A DNA stretch of 64,000 nt. Origin: a virus. The translations under genes were made by a program, and so were the position numbers. The stretch is taken from IMG/VR virus record IMGVR_UViG_3300022932_000018, positions 3,578 through 67,577 of that record; one strand, written 5' to 3'. The notes under the pieces are model-generated. The model was not told where the DNA came from and searched no databases. It was given only the letters and a program-made list of their open reading frames with translations. Shown here one piece after another: positions 9,023 to 18,527 of the stretch. How positions within the stretch are numbered: position 1 is the stretch's first letter; each line of letters begins with the position of its first letter.

Positions 9023-11575
9023 ATGGCAGATACTAACTACTCTTTCCCCAAAGAGAATGAAAACCCGAAGGTTAAAGCTAAAAAGCCATGGCTTCTTCAG
9101 TTCGTGAAAGCCGCTGTGTACACTTCCGGCCGGTTCAATGAGAAAGCAATTGGTGCTGTCAGTGCCAGTCGCTACAACATGATCACGCGCTATGTATTGG
9201 CTGAACAGGATACGACACAATACAAGAAGATGTTGTCCCGCAGCCAGGATGCTTCATCTGTGAAGCTGGCTGTTGACTGGACTCCGCGATCCTTTGCCTA
9301 CAAGCTGCGTCGGGTGGCTGTTGAAAGAGTGCTTGATTCTGGCTACGATATTATCATCAACCCTATTGACCCACTGGCACAGACGGAGCTTCGTCGTGAA
9401 CTGTCTACGGCAAAGGCAAAGGCACTTCTTCGTGAAGCTGCTGCCGGCGACCCTGAACTGATGCAGTCGCCTGCCTTGCGGCCGAAGGAAGGGGAGCCAG
9501 AAGACCTGGCTGGCGTTGAGATAAGTGAGCTGGGCGCCCGGCACCGGACGGCAATGGAAGCGGAGATGGTTGTCGAGTCTGTGTTTAATCAGAACGACTA
9601 TGCAGGCCAGCGCCGCAGCCATGTGAGTGACCTCTTTGACTTTGGTGTTACCGCCTCAAAGGATAGCACCGAGGGTTACTATGTTGGTGTGCGTCGCTGT
9701 GACCCACGCATGCTACTTCTCTCCCACTGCCGCTATCCAGATTTTAGCGACCTGAAGTATGTTGGCGAAGTGATGGAAGTTCCGGTAAGCCAGCTGGAGG
9801 CCATGGGCTGCGGTGAGATTTCTCAGGAAGACATCGACGGCCTCTACAAGAATATATTGTCAATGGCCTTTGACCCTAGTAATATATTGAAGTTCAACGT
9901 TGGCCAGTATGACAACGCTGCCGACTTCTCAGCACGGGGCAAAGTGTTCGTCGTTGACCTGGAGTTAAAGACCACCGATGTTATCCGTCGGGAAGACCGC
10001 AAGAGCGGTGCCGGCAATCCTATTTACGATAAAGTAGAGTACGAAGAAAAAGAAACTGAAAGAAAGAAAATAAAGGACATTCCGGTTCAGCGTATCTACC
10101 GCTGCAAGTGGGTTGTTGGCACTGATATTCTTTTCGATTACGGCCTTGCCAGAAACCAGAAGCGCGACCCAAAGAACAAAGCCTGTGCTCAGTTCTCGTT
10201 CCACATAGCGACGTCAGAGTTTTCTGATATGCGTGCCTACTCCCGGATGGAAAGTCTGATACCGTATATCAACGCGGCTCAGATAATGGTGTACAAGATT
10301 GAGGACACCTTGCAGCGTGGACACACTGGCGGTTATGCGTTCGACCTTGATGCTTTGGAAGATATTGCCATCGGCGCGGCCGGTGGTGATGCAATGTCGC
10401 CGAAAGACCTGATTGATATGTTCATGGACTCCAACGTGATTGTGAGCCGGAGCAAGGGCGGTCCTTATGGTGGCGGCAAGCAGAATGGCAATGGTCAGGT
10501 AGCGACGTGGATTGATGGCTTCACCGGTAAGGAACTGGTACAGTATTGGGACCAGCTCCGAAGCAACATCCAAATGATGAAGGACACGCTCGGACTCAAC
10601 GACGTGACCGACGGTTCTACTCCCAATTCAAAGAATCTGACTTCTACTACCGAGGCTGCCATCAACGGGACAAACAATGCGCTTGGCGACCTGTACTATG
10701 GCATTCAGGCATTGGAGAAAGCGCTGGCTGAATCCGTTGTTATACGCTCTCAGGATATTATACGGGATGGGAAAGGTGAAGCCTTTGCCGGCATCCTCGG
10801 TTCGGGAAGCGTGAAGTGGATAAAGGGAGTTCCGGATATCGACAAGTACACCTATGGTGTTGTTGTTGTGCCGCAACCTTCCCGTGATGAAGAACTATTG
10901 TTCCAACAGGATATGACGGAGGCTATGCAGTTGGGTATGATCACGATTGCCGACAAGCTGTTTATCCGCAATATCAAAAACCTCAAGCAGAAGCAGGATT
11001 ATCTCGCCTACAAGGTCCGCAAGAACCAGGAGAAAGCTCAGCAGAATGCACTTCAGCAGCAGCAGCAAACCGGCCAAATCCAGCAGCAGTCTGCCCAGAT
11101 GACTGCCCAGCTCAAGCTGCAGGAAATCCAGGCAGATGCAGAAGCGAAGAAGGATATCGCTACCCATCAGCATGCACTGAATATGGAAGAAGAAGTGACA
11201 AAGGGCAACTACCTGTTGGAAGCAAAGCGTATCGACGCTACCGGCCGCGTGGAGTCAGCAGACCTGCAGGCGCAAGGGCGCTCTACCGACAACCTCCGCA
11301 ACAACCTGACCAATCTTGCGAAAGAAGGGATGGAAGACAAAGCTGCTATTCTTCAAACATCAGACTTAGAATCAGAAGTTGAACCGCTTACCGATGCAAA
11401 TACGCCGCTCCAAATCACCATGCCGCAATTCCAGGGTTTCTCGTTCCTTCAACCGCCAGCACCGACACAGCCACAAGGGCAGCAGCCGATGTTACCGGAG
11501 CAAGGCATGGAAGGAATGATGGCTATGCAGGGTGGTGAAGAAAATATGTTGCCTGAAATGCAGATGCAACAGTAA
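9023..11575 (+). CDS. Portal protein
   Basis: 850 aa directly after TerL; LGLNDVTDGS motif; Q-rich coiled-coil C-terminus typical of podovirus/crAss-like portals. Confidence 0.85.
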   Translation: MADTNYSFPKENENPKVKAKKPWLLQFVKAAVYTSGRFNEKAIGAVSASRYNMITRYVLAEQDTTQYKKMLSRSQDASSVKLAVDWTPRSFAYKLRRVAVERVLDSGYDIIINPIDPLAQTELRRELSTAKAKALLREAAAGDPELMQSPALRPKEGEPEDLAGVEISELGARHRTAMEAEMVVESVFNQNDYAGQRRSHVSDLFDFGVTASKDSTEGYYVGVRRCDPRMLLLSHCRYPDFSDLKYVGEVMEVPVSQLEAMGCGEISQEDIDGLYKNILSMAFDPSNILKFNVGQYDNAADFSARGKVFVVDLELKTTDVIRREDRKSGAGNPIYDKVEYEEKETERKKIKDIPVQRIYRCKWVVGTDILFDYGLARNQKRDPKNKACAQFSFHIATSEFSDMRAYSRMESLIPYINAAQIMVYKIEDTLQRGHTGGYAFDLDALEDIAIGAAGGDAMSPKDLIDMFMDSNVIVSRSKGGPYGGGKQNGNGQVATWIDGFTGKELVQYWDQLRSNIQMMKDTLGLNDVTDGSTPNSKNLTSTTEAAINGTNNALGDLYYGIQALEKALAESVVIRSQDIIRDGKGEAFAGILGSGSVKWIKGVPDIDKYTYGVVVVPQPSRDEELLFQQDMTEAMQLGMITIADKLFIRNIKNLKQKQDYLAYKVRKNQEKAQQNALQQQQQTGQIQQQSAQMTAQLKLQEIQADAEAKKDIATHQHALNMEEEVTKGNYLLEAKRIDATGRVESADLQAQGRSTDNLRNNLTNLAKEGMEDKAAILQTSDLESEVEPLTDANTPLQITMPQFQGFSFLQPPAPTQPQGQQPMLPEQGMEGMMAMQGGEENMLPEMQMQQ

Positions 11576-11619
11576 CTTTACAACTTGACCGTAATATAAT
11601 CTGATACCAAATCTATATC

Positions 11620-12672
11620 ATGGAACCAGAAATTAAATGGGGAGGCGATAGCGATGTTGCCATTGACCCAGCACACGAAGCACCGGCTGAAACACCGACC
11701 GAGCAGCCAGCTCCAGAAGTGCCCGCTGTAGAACCTGCACCCGCAGTTGTCGAACCGGCAGCACCGGTTGTAGAAACTCCTGCTACTCCGGAAGTCCCAG
11801 CGCCGGCGGTAGCCGCTCCTGCAGTGGAACCAGCGCAGCCAGCACCAGCAGCCGCGCCTGCACAACCTGTTGACTCTTTTGCTGCCCTCGGCATCCCAAA
11901 TGACGAGTATCACCAAAAGCTGATTGAGGCTGCGAAGACCGGCGACCTGCAGAACTTCATTAAGTCACAGGCGGTAGATTACAAAAGCATGACAGCGCAG
12001 GAAATCCTGCGTGAAGATATTCGCAGAGGCCTGCCTGACCTTTCAGAAGCTCAGGTTGAACGCCTCTTGCAAAAGGAGCTCGATTCTAAATATCAGCAAG
12101 GGGACTATGATGATGACGATGTAGCCATCGGTGTGAAACGTATGGAGCGGGATGCCAATAAAATCCGGGAGGGATTTATTGCTGAACAACTCGCATACAA
12201 AGCACCGCAGATTACAGACCCATCCATAGCTTTTCAGGAGCAAATGCAAGCTCAGCAACAGCAGATGGAGCAAGAAAAAGCCGCTTTCCAGCAGCGTGTT
12301 GAAAACGACCCAGGATACAAACAGTTCGGGACGAACCGTGTAGTAGAATTGGGTAGTGGTGACGACAAGTTTAACTATGCCGTCCGCGACAACGTTGATG
12401 TGATGGGGCAAACGATGGACATCAACAAGTTTGTGTCCAACTTCCTTGACCCGGACGGGCAGGGTGTTCCACAGTTTAATCTGAAGAAATGGCTTGGTGT
12501 ACTGGCCTATGCCAACAATCCGGCTGCCTTTGAAAAGGCGCTGATTGACCATGGCCGCACCCTTGGCACCAAGAATGCTGATGCGGAACTGCGCAATCCT
12601 GATAGTGTTGTTGCCGGTATCAAGCCAGCGACGACCGACCCGAATGCTATTAAGTGGAAAGCATCCAACTAA
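11620..12672 (+). CDS. Capsid scaffolding-like protein
   Basis: Between portal and MCP; acidic P/A/E low-complexity N-terminus and coiled coil. Confidence 0.7.
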   Translation: MEPEIKWGGDSDVAIDPAHEAPAETPTEQPAPEVPAVEPAPAVVEPAAPVVETPATPEVPAPAVAAPAVEPAQPAPAAAPAQPVDSFAALGIPNDEYHQKLIEAAKTGDLQNFIKSQAVDYKSMTAQEILREDIRRGLPDLSEAQVERLLQKELDSKYQQGDYDDDDVAIGVKRMERDANKIREGFIAEQLAYKAPQITDPSIAFQEQMQAQQQQMEQEKAAFQQRVENDPGYKQFGTNRVVELGSGDDKFNYAVRDNVDVMGQTMDINKFVSNFLDPDGQGVPQFNLKKWLGVLAYANNPAAFEKALIDHGRTLGTKNADAELRNPDSVVAGIKPATTDPNAIKWKASN

Positions 12673-12694
12673 ACCGAAAAACTAACTCAACACC

Positions 12695-14041
12695 ATGCCA
12701 CAAGGTACATTTACTGGTAACTACGCAGGCGTCCCATCGCTGCTCTACCAACCCGACATCCGCAAAGAGCTTATCAAGCGCTACCAGGATGATGACTTCG
12801 TCAACTTCCTCGACAAGACCGGTGCGTGGACAAAGAAGACTGACGACAAGTTCGTTACGGCCTTTGATAGTCCGCTGAACATCGTTGTTGACACCACTGG
12901 TGCGACAGTAACCAACTCCGGCACTGCGACCGTGACTGTGACAAACCTGCAGGGCGCCAACGCCAACCAGCTTATCGTTGGTAAGATGGTGATGTTCCCC
13001 AACGGCCTGCAAGGTCGTGTACAGACTGTTACAACTACCACGCTGGCAAACGATACGGTAACCATCCGTAGCACTGCAGCCGGCAATCCGAACCTGACCC
13101 TCGTTGCAGGTGGCATCCTCGTTCCTTACTCCAACCACCAGGAAGAAGGCTCCCTGCAGCCAGCTCCTGAAATCTGGCCACTGACTACCCTGACCCAGCT
13201 GATCGGTATCTTCCGTAAGACTGGCGGTATCACCGACGTAGCCCGTGCCCGTAACAACGGCTCTTTCCGTCTGGAAATTGGTGGCAAAGAAGCAATGGGT
13301 TCATGGCAGGCTGTTCGCACCCTGATGTCCCACCGTGCTGACATCGGCTATGGTTTGCTGATGGACGAAATCACTGACCCGAACTTCACCAATACCACTC
13401 CGACTGTTGTTGGTGCCCAGGGCTCCGGTGTTCAGTTTGGCCGTGGTCTTGTACCAACCATCCGTGACTTCGGCTGGAACTACAGTCTGACTACCCTCGG
13501 TACGCCTACCTTGGCTGACCTCGAAGGTATCACCAACCTTATCACCGCTGTTCGTGGCGCTGACGAATACATGTTGGTAGGCTCCCGTGCCGCTGTTGCA
13601 CGTATGAGCTCCTTCTTCAAGAACCTCGGTTCTGCCGGCCTGACATCTGTACGCATGATGGTCAATGGTCGTGAAGTTGACCTGACCGTGGAAGAGTTCA
13701 CCTTTGGTGGCCGCACTTTCCGCATGGCAGCCTGGAACACCTTCGACAACCAGCAAGTGCTGCTGACTTCGAATGCTGTTTCCAAGACCCTGTATGCAAT
13801 CCCTTACGGTACTGCCCACGTTTACTCCGGTGGCGGCAAGGATGTACCTTACATGGGTGTTGGCTACCTGCCAGTGATTCACCCTGGTGATGGTACTGAA
13901 AAGCAAGCCGAGGTTCACCTTGGTGCCCTGGCTGTAAATCCTACAAGCGGCACTGCCCGTGAGGATTGGGTTTACGAAACCATGTGTGCGCTTGACATTG
14001 CCAACCCTTATATGTTTGGCAGCATCCGCGTCCTCGCATAA
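12695..14041 (+). CDS. Major capsid protein
   Basis: 448 aa after the scaffold; strongly biased codon usage; followed by a terminator. Confidence 0.8.
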   Translation: MPQGTFTGNYAGVPSLLYQPDIRKELIKRYQDDDFVNFLDKTGAWTKKTDDKFVTAFDSPLNIVVDTTGATVTNSGTATVTVTNLQGANANQLIVGKMVMFPNGLQGRVQTVTTTTLANDTVTIRSTAAGNPNLTLVAGGILVPYSNHQEEGSLQPAPEIWPLTTLTQLIGIFRKTGGITDVARARNNGSFRLEIGGKEAMGSWQAVRTLMSHRADIGYGLLMDEITDPNFTNTTPTVVGAQGSGVQFGRGLVPTIRDFGWNYSLTTLGTPTLADLEGITNLITAVRGADEYMLVGSRAAVARMSSFFKNLGSAGLTSVRMMVNGREVDLTVEEFTFGGRTFRMAAWNTFDNQQVLLTSNAVSKTLYAIPYGTAHVYSGGGKDVPYMGVGYLPVIHPGDGTEKQAEVHLGALAVNPTSGTAREDWVYETMCALDIANPYMFGSIRVLA

Positions 14042-14050
14042 ACCAACTGG

Positions 14051-14084
14051 TAGCCGCCCTGTCTTGATGGGGCGGCTATTATTT
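14051..14084 (+). terminator. Intrinsic terminator after MCP
   Basis: TAGCCGCCC...GGGCGGCTA stem with a T-rich tail. Confidence 0.7.
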
Positions 14085-14119
14085 ACTTCGTTTACCAACA
14101 AAAACACCATCATACCAAA

Positions 14120-15019
14120 ATGTTACAAGCAGAAATTGATGGCAAGTGGGGTCCAATACCAAAGGAACTCTTGCCCGAAATCCCCGCAGAAGGAACGGTA
14201 TCTGTGTACGAGTTCGTGTACAGCTTCCCTGACTTTGCCACAAAGAAGAAGTCCTGGCAGAACCATGTCATGATTCATCCCATCAGCAAAATCCGTGATA
14301 AGAAAGGCCGGATAATCCGCATCGGTCTTGTTGGCGGCATCGACACTGTTGGCAATCTGAAGACTGAAGAAATCCGCCAGCTACACTTCTACCCGCAAAA
14401 CACCCGTGGCCGCATCAGCATTGAGGCCGGCAAGAGCGCTGAACAAGACGAGCTGCAGCAATACCTCGAGTTGACTTCTCAGAATGAAAGCAGCCCGTAC
14501 CGCGATACAGCCGTTGATCCGGTAATCCGCAAGGTAGATTTCGTTGGCCGTGCCAAGAAAGACCGTGCTGACCGTGAGAAGAAGCGCGATGCCATCGGCT
14601 ACGCTTACAGCCTCAAGAAAGACGAAGACATCACTCGTACAGCTTTGCTGTTGGGTATCGATTCTGACCGCGACCTTGAGCTGGTGATGAACGACATCGA
14701 AAAGCAGGCCGAAGAAAACCCGGACAACTTCATGCAGGTGGTGAATGACCCGAATGCAGACATCCAGGTGGCGTATGCTGAAGGCATGAAGAACGGCAAC
14801 CTCGTTTGGGACCCGATTCTGAGCCAGGTAAAGTGGGGCGCCAACAACGCCAGCATCATGCAGGTGGCCAATGCCGGTGAAGCGAAGTCTGAGTTTACGA
14901 ATTTTGTGAACAAGGATGGCAACGGCAAGACTGTCTACAATCAGCTGCTTACCCTGAATGGTAAGGCTCCTGCCGAGGACAAGCCTGCTGACGAAACGGC
15001 AAGCAAACCTAAAAAGTAA
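14120..15019 (+). CDS. Conserved head-module protein (post-MCP, crAss-like position)
   Basis: 299-aa ORF with highly expressed-type codon usage; synteny. Confidence 0.6.
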   Translation: MLQAEIDGKWGPIPKELLPEIPAEGTVSVYEFVYSFPDFATKKKSWQNHVMIHPISKIRDKKGRIIRIGLVGGIDTVGNLKTEEIRQLHFYPQNTRGRISIEAGKSAEQDELQQYLELTSQNESSPYRDTAVDPVIRKVDFVGRAKKDRADREKKRDAIGYAYSLKKDEDITRTALLLGIDSDRDLELVMNDIEKQAEENPDNFMQVVNDPNADIQVAYAEGMKNGNLVWDPILSQVKWGANNASIMQVANAGEAKSEFTNFVNKDGNGKTVYNQLLTLNGKAPAEDKPADETASKPKK

Positions 15020-15112
15020 TACCCACGCCCTATCTGCTGTGAAGTAGGTGGGGTGTTGGTATCAAGAAAGGTCGGGGTGATGCCCGGCCTTTCGCTATTT
15101 ATAAAAGCCCGT

Positions 15113-15322
15113 ATGAAAGCAAAGATATTCGCGATCGTTTCCCATGAGAAGGTTGAAATGGGGGAGAGACACTTTGAGGTTATGCCATGCGTTGGCGACA
15201 GCATAGAGCTGCAGAAGACCCGGTGGAAGGTGCTGAGCCGGTACTTCCCGGAAGGTGGTCCTGTTGAGCTCCTGTGCCTGCCTTTCCTTATTGGGCCAAT
15301 ATCTGATTTGCCGGAGTCGTAG
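15113..15322 (+). CDS. Small hypothetical protein
   Basis: ATG at 15113 follows the hairpin at 15066-15093. Confidence 0.45.
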   Translation: MKAKIFAIVSHEKVEMGERHFEVMPCVGDSIELQKTRWKVLSRYFPEGGPVELLCLPFLIGPISDLPES

Positions 15323-15337
15323 GATTTGCTATATTTG
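15307..15337 (+). promoter_or_regulatory. Consensus Bacteroidota sigma-A promoter for the tRNA-like RNA
   Basis: TTTG (15307-10), N19, TATATTTG (15330-37); predicted TSS ~15341-15344. Confidence 0.75.
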
Positions 15338-15340
15338 TGG

Positions 15341-15450
15341 TGAGAGGTGGTGTAGAGTACCCGACCTCTAATCGGGAGGTCGCCAGTTCAAATCTGGCCT
15401 TGGGTGGGAGTACCCCAGCCAAGTAGCTCAGTAGAGAATCCGCTCTCTCA
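15341..15450 (+). ncRNA. Circularly permuted tRNA-like RNA (Arg-UCU-like anticodon loop CCUCUAA)
   Basis: Order: D-3' half, anticodon arm CCCGA/TCGGG, variable AGGTC, T arm GCCAG-TTCAAAT-CTGGC, acceptor 3' CTTGGGT, linker, acceptor 5' AGCCAAG, TA, D-5' GCTCAG. The termini pair (TGAGAG/CTCTCA). Confidence 0.75.
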
Positions 15451-15476
15451 TTTGGACCTGATTCCGCATTCAGATT

Positions 15477-15503
15477 AAACCCGCTACTTGCGGGTTTTCT
15501 TTT
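15477..15503 (+). terminator. Intrinsic terminator closing the tRNA-like gene
   Basis: AAACCCGC-TACTT-GCGGGTTT followed by TCTTTT. Confidence 0.8.
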
Positions 15504-15522
15504 GCCCGTACTATAAGGTGCA

Positions 15523-16158
15523 ATGACAACCATCTTTGACGCATACCAACTCGTTCAATTCATACTGGATAAAGACCGGAATGGGTTTGCCTCGCCGGCC
15601 GATGTGTCGAAAGCGTTGGAAGTTGGACAGCAGACAGTTTACGACCGGTACTATGCTTTCAACTACGGCGAAAACCAGGCTTCTGTTGAAGCGCTACGCC
15701 CTTTCGTGAAGGTAGTTCCGCAGACAGCGAGTGCTACCGGTTTGCTCACCGTCCCTGCTGACTTTGTGCATGTGCTCAGTATCAACTCTACGGATGATGC
15801 GACTGTTTACGAACCGGTGCTGCAGGTCGAGCTGAGTGACACGATAAAGAGCGTTCTGTACCCGATTGCTGAATGGCCAAAATACATGGCTATTTCTTCC
15901 GGACTGCAGCTGTACCCAAAGACGTATGCTGATGTGAGTCTGCATTACCTGGCCCGGCCGGTTGCGCCTGTTGTTGGTGTGACTGTGACGGGGAATCAGG
16001 AAACGTATGACCCAAACACAAGTGTTCAGCTGGGTTTCGACAATAAGTATTGGGTGGAAATCATTGCCGCCAGTTTGCCTTACCTCGGCGTGAATCTTTC
16101 GGATGAACAAGTGGTGGGTCTGAGTGGCGTGTACAATCAAATGACTAAGAAACCGTAA
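15523..16158 (+). CDS. Putative tail ring / head-tail adaptor protein
   Basis: ~210-aa size and position; YLARP..P motif resembling crAss-like ring proteins. Confidence 0.6.
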   Translation: MTTIFDAYQLVQFILDKDRNGFASPADVSKALEVGQQTVYDRYYAFNYGENQASVEALRPFVKVVPQTASATGLLTVPADFVHVLSINSTDDATVYEPVLQVELSDTIKSVLYPIAEWPKYMAISSGLQLYPKTYADVSLHYLARPVAPVVGVTVTGNQETYDPNTSVQLGFDNKYWVEIIAASLPYLGVNLSDEQVVGLSGVYNQMTKKP

Positions 16159-16820
16159 TGGCAACGACAAAGGCAATCATGGCGGAGCAAATCTACCGCA
16201 TCTTACAGGGGGGTGTTCCTTCTGAAGTAAGAGCGCGTGTGGGACTGCCGGAGATAAAGGCTGCGATCGGCAATGCCTGTGGTGGCCTGCTCAAGGCAAG
16301 CCATCTCGATACGGTTCTGAACATAGATGGTGAAAGCATCCCTGATGGTAGCATGATAGCTGTGTATGAGAATCGTCCGGTAGAAAGAATACCGGGCAAA
16401 GGCTCTCCGCAAGCGCGTGTACAGCTGCCGGCCAATCCTATTCAGATGCCTGAGAAGATGGGCGTATTCGCAGTGTATCCGAGCGGCAGGCGTGACGAAG
16501 AATGGATGCCTCTGCCGGCGGGAGTGTATTCTTTCATTATGAAAGACCGCTTAATCAACCCTATAAACTGCAAGTGTTACACCTGGGGTTCAAATAGGTT
16601 TATTACTATCCATGACGACCTCATAGGTGCCGGCATCGACACGGTGGACATTGAACTTTGCGTGGCTGATTTGTCAACGCTTGGCGATAATGACCCGTTA
16701 CCGGTGCCAGGTGATATGGAACCACAACTGATACAGACAGTGCTGCAGATATTTGGATTTGAAGTACCGACGAACAAGAAGCAAAGTGATGAAGTAAGTC
16801 CTCCGGGCACAAAGAATTAA
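16158..16820 (+). CDS. Putative tail ring protein
   Basis: Coupled start/stop; DPLPVPGDM...LIQ.V C-terminal motif. Confidence 0.55.
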   Translation: MATTKAIMAEQIYRILQGGVPSEVRARVGLPEIKAAIGNACGGLLKASHLDTVLNIDGESIPDGSMIAVYENRPVERIPGKGSPQARVQLPANPIQMPEKMGVFAVYPSGRRDEEWMPLPAGVYSFIMKDRLINPINCKCYTWGSNRFITIHDDLIGAGIDTVDIELCVADLSTLGDNDPLPVPGDMEPQLIQTVLQIFGFEVPTNKKQSDEVSPPGTKN

Positions 16821-16823
16821 TCC

Positions 16824-17999
16824 ATGGCACAAGCAAAGGGCGCGTTCATCAGCGTACATGAAATAGCAATCAGCTGGCTGCTGAAGCGTGGCAAGACAAA
16901 TCACTCTTGGTATCGCGTTTTGGTGTATGCAGCTGAGTGCGTGCGTGAATTGGCTCTGACTACTATTGCGCCTGTACAGCACACAATATTACAGCGAGAT
17001 GCTGGTACTCCGTGGTGGGAGCTCCCGTACGGCTACACCGATTGGGTAAACGTCGGTGTACAGGTTGGCGGCTACTACCGGCGCGTGGGTGTGACTGACA
17101 GGCTAATTCCGGTGCCGGGACTGAAAGGTTCGTCTGAGTTCAACAGTGAGTTTGGTCCTGAAGCCGGCGGACAACAGTGGGCGTCATGGGCGCAGAATGG
17201 GCAGGTTGATACACCGGCATCCTTCAACAAAGCTGACTTTGCCAAAAAGCAATTGCTGACGGCTCCATTCAGCAAAAATGTGGTGCCGAACAATGGCAAC
17301 AGCCTGGCAGAGCAAGGTCTGTTTTCGCTTGGCGACTTCATGGACTATGGCTATGGCTGGCGTTACAGCGGCATGCCCACCAACTTCACCTTCGGCTTTG
17401 GCGCAGCGCACCGGGTGGATGAAGTATGCTTCAATCCTGAGGCTGGCGTTATCATGTGCAATCCCGGGTGGGGTGCTACATCGTTGTTCCTGTCCTACAT
17501 CGGGGTGGGCAACATCGATACCATGAGCAATGTGCCTTTGATGGCCCAGGCTACTGTGATGGCCTACATTGACTGGCAGTGGCAAAAGAACAAGCGTCGC
17601 GGGGAGAATGTAGTTGCATTGGAGGTCGAGTTCGACAAGCAGCACCGGATTCTTCGTGCCCGTAAAAACGACATCACTACTACTGACCTTATCCGTGCGG
17701 TGAATTACCCGGCTTACTCGGGTTCCGGATATAGCGGTGGCGCAAGTTATTACAGCCAGATACCGCCGCTGCAGGTTGTCAATTCTCAGTCCAATGACTT
17801 CAACATCGTCCTGGATGCAAGCAATAGCACGACTACTACAATCACAAGTCAGCAGATTGCCGGCAACGTGGTATGGATAGCTTACGGCAACCAGCAGTAC
17901 AACACTGGCGACTTCAGCCAGAACGGCACAACGATAACGCTTACCAATGGTAACGTGCTTACTTACGGCCTTACAGTAACAATACACACCCAGCAATGA
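16824..17999 (+). CDS. Putative tail ring/structural protein with C-terminal beta extension
   Basis: Synteny; LSYIG...P....ATVMAYIDW motif plus a T/N/G-rich tail. Confidence 0.55.
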   Translation: MAQAKGAFISVHEIAISWLLKRGKTNHSWYRVLVYAAECVRELALTTIAPVQHTILQRDAGTPWWELPYGYTDWVNVGVQVGGYYRRVGVTDRLIPVPGLKGSSEFNSEFGPEAGGQQWASWAQNGQVDTPASFNKADFAKKQLLTAPFSKNVVPNNGNSLAEQGLFSLGDFMDYGYGWRYSGMPTNFTFGFGAAHRVDEVCFNPEAGVIMCNPGWGATSLFLSYIGVGNIDTMSNVPLMAQATVMAYIDWQWQKNKRRGENVVALEVEFDKQHRILRARKNDITTTDLIRAVNYPAYSGSGYSGGASYYSQIPPLQVVNSQSNDFNIVLDASNSTTTTITSQQIAGNVVWIAYGNQQYNTGDFSQNGTTITLTNGNVLTYGLTVTIHTQQ

Positions 18000-18487
18000 A
18001 ATACCTGATATTCATTCTTTTTCTCTTGCCGGTAAAAGCAATGGCTCAAGGGCCAATACCCATTCGATTTGCGAGTACGGCTGGTCGGCCGTACGATACT
18101 GGGTTTACTGAAAATCTGCGAGTAAACAGCAGTGTGCGGTTGCCGTTCTACGGTACAGCCGATACCAGCAAGGTGCTCGGTATCGATGCCCAGGGTCGCC
18201 TTACCGTGCGCACAAAGGGCAATGCTACATCCGGTATCTCCGGGTTGAGCGTGAATAACATTCCCCGCGCAGCATCGGCAACCACCCTTACCACAAGTAA
18301 TATCTGGCAGGTGGGTTCTTATACTGGCCTTGCCAATAGTAATCCCACAGCGACGCTGGATGTGATAGGAACGATAAAGACAAGCATCCTGGCTGAGTTC
18401 ACAGACGATGCGGCTGCGGCTACCGGTGGAATTGCTGTTGGTCAATATTATCGTACCGGCTCCTTCGTGAAACAGCGAATAAATTAA
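17996..18487 (+). CDS. Fibre-like protein with N-terminal signal peptide
   Basis: MKYLIFILFLLPVKAMAQ; KVLGIDAQGRL and NPTATLDVIG motifs. Confidence 0.55.
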   Translation: MKYLIFILFLLPVKAMAQGPIPIRFASTAGRPYDTGFTENLRVNSSVRLPFYGTADTSKVLGIDAQGRLTVRTKGNATSGISGLSVNNIPRAASATTLTTSNIWQVGSYTGLANSNPTATLDVIGTIKTSILAEFTDDAAAATGGIAVGQYYRTGSFVKQRIN

Positions 18488-18527
18488 TCGCGTTCGTATT
18501 ATCTCGTAAATCCTACAACTTACAACC

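Noticed and set aside
11620-11880. Repeat array or CRISPR-like region
   Set aside because: Degenerate P/A/E/V coding low complexity of the scaffold protein; no fixed repeat-spacer period.
13301-14113. Long antisense ORFs (also 17184-17996, 33361-34500, 37504-38298, 48118-48864)
   Set aside because: Shadows of codon-biased genes on the opposite strand; no motifs.
15365-15371. Amber-suppressor (CUA) reading of the anticodon loop, and stop-codon recoding
   Set aside because: With the 5-bp stem the central triplet is TCT. Long genes are intact in code 11 and several end in TAG, so there is no sign of recoding.
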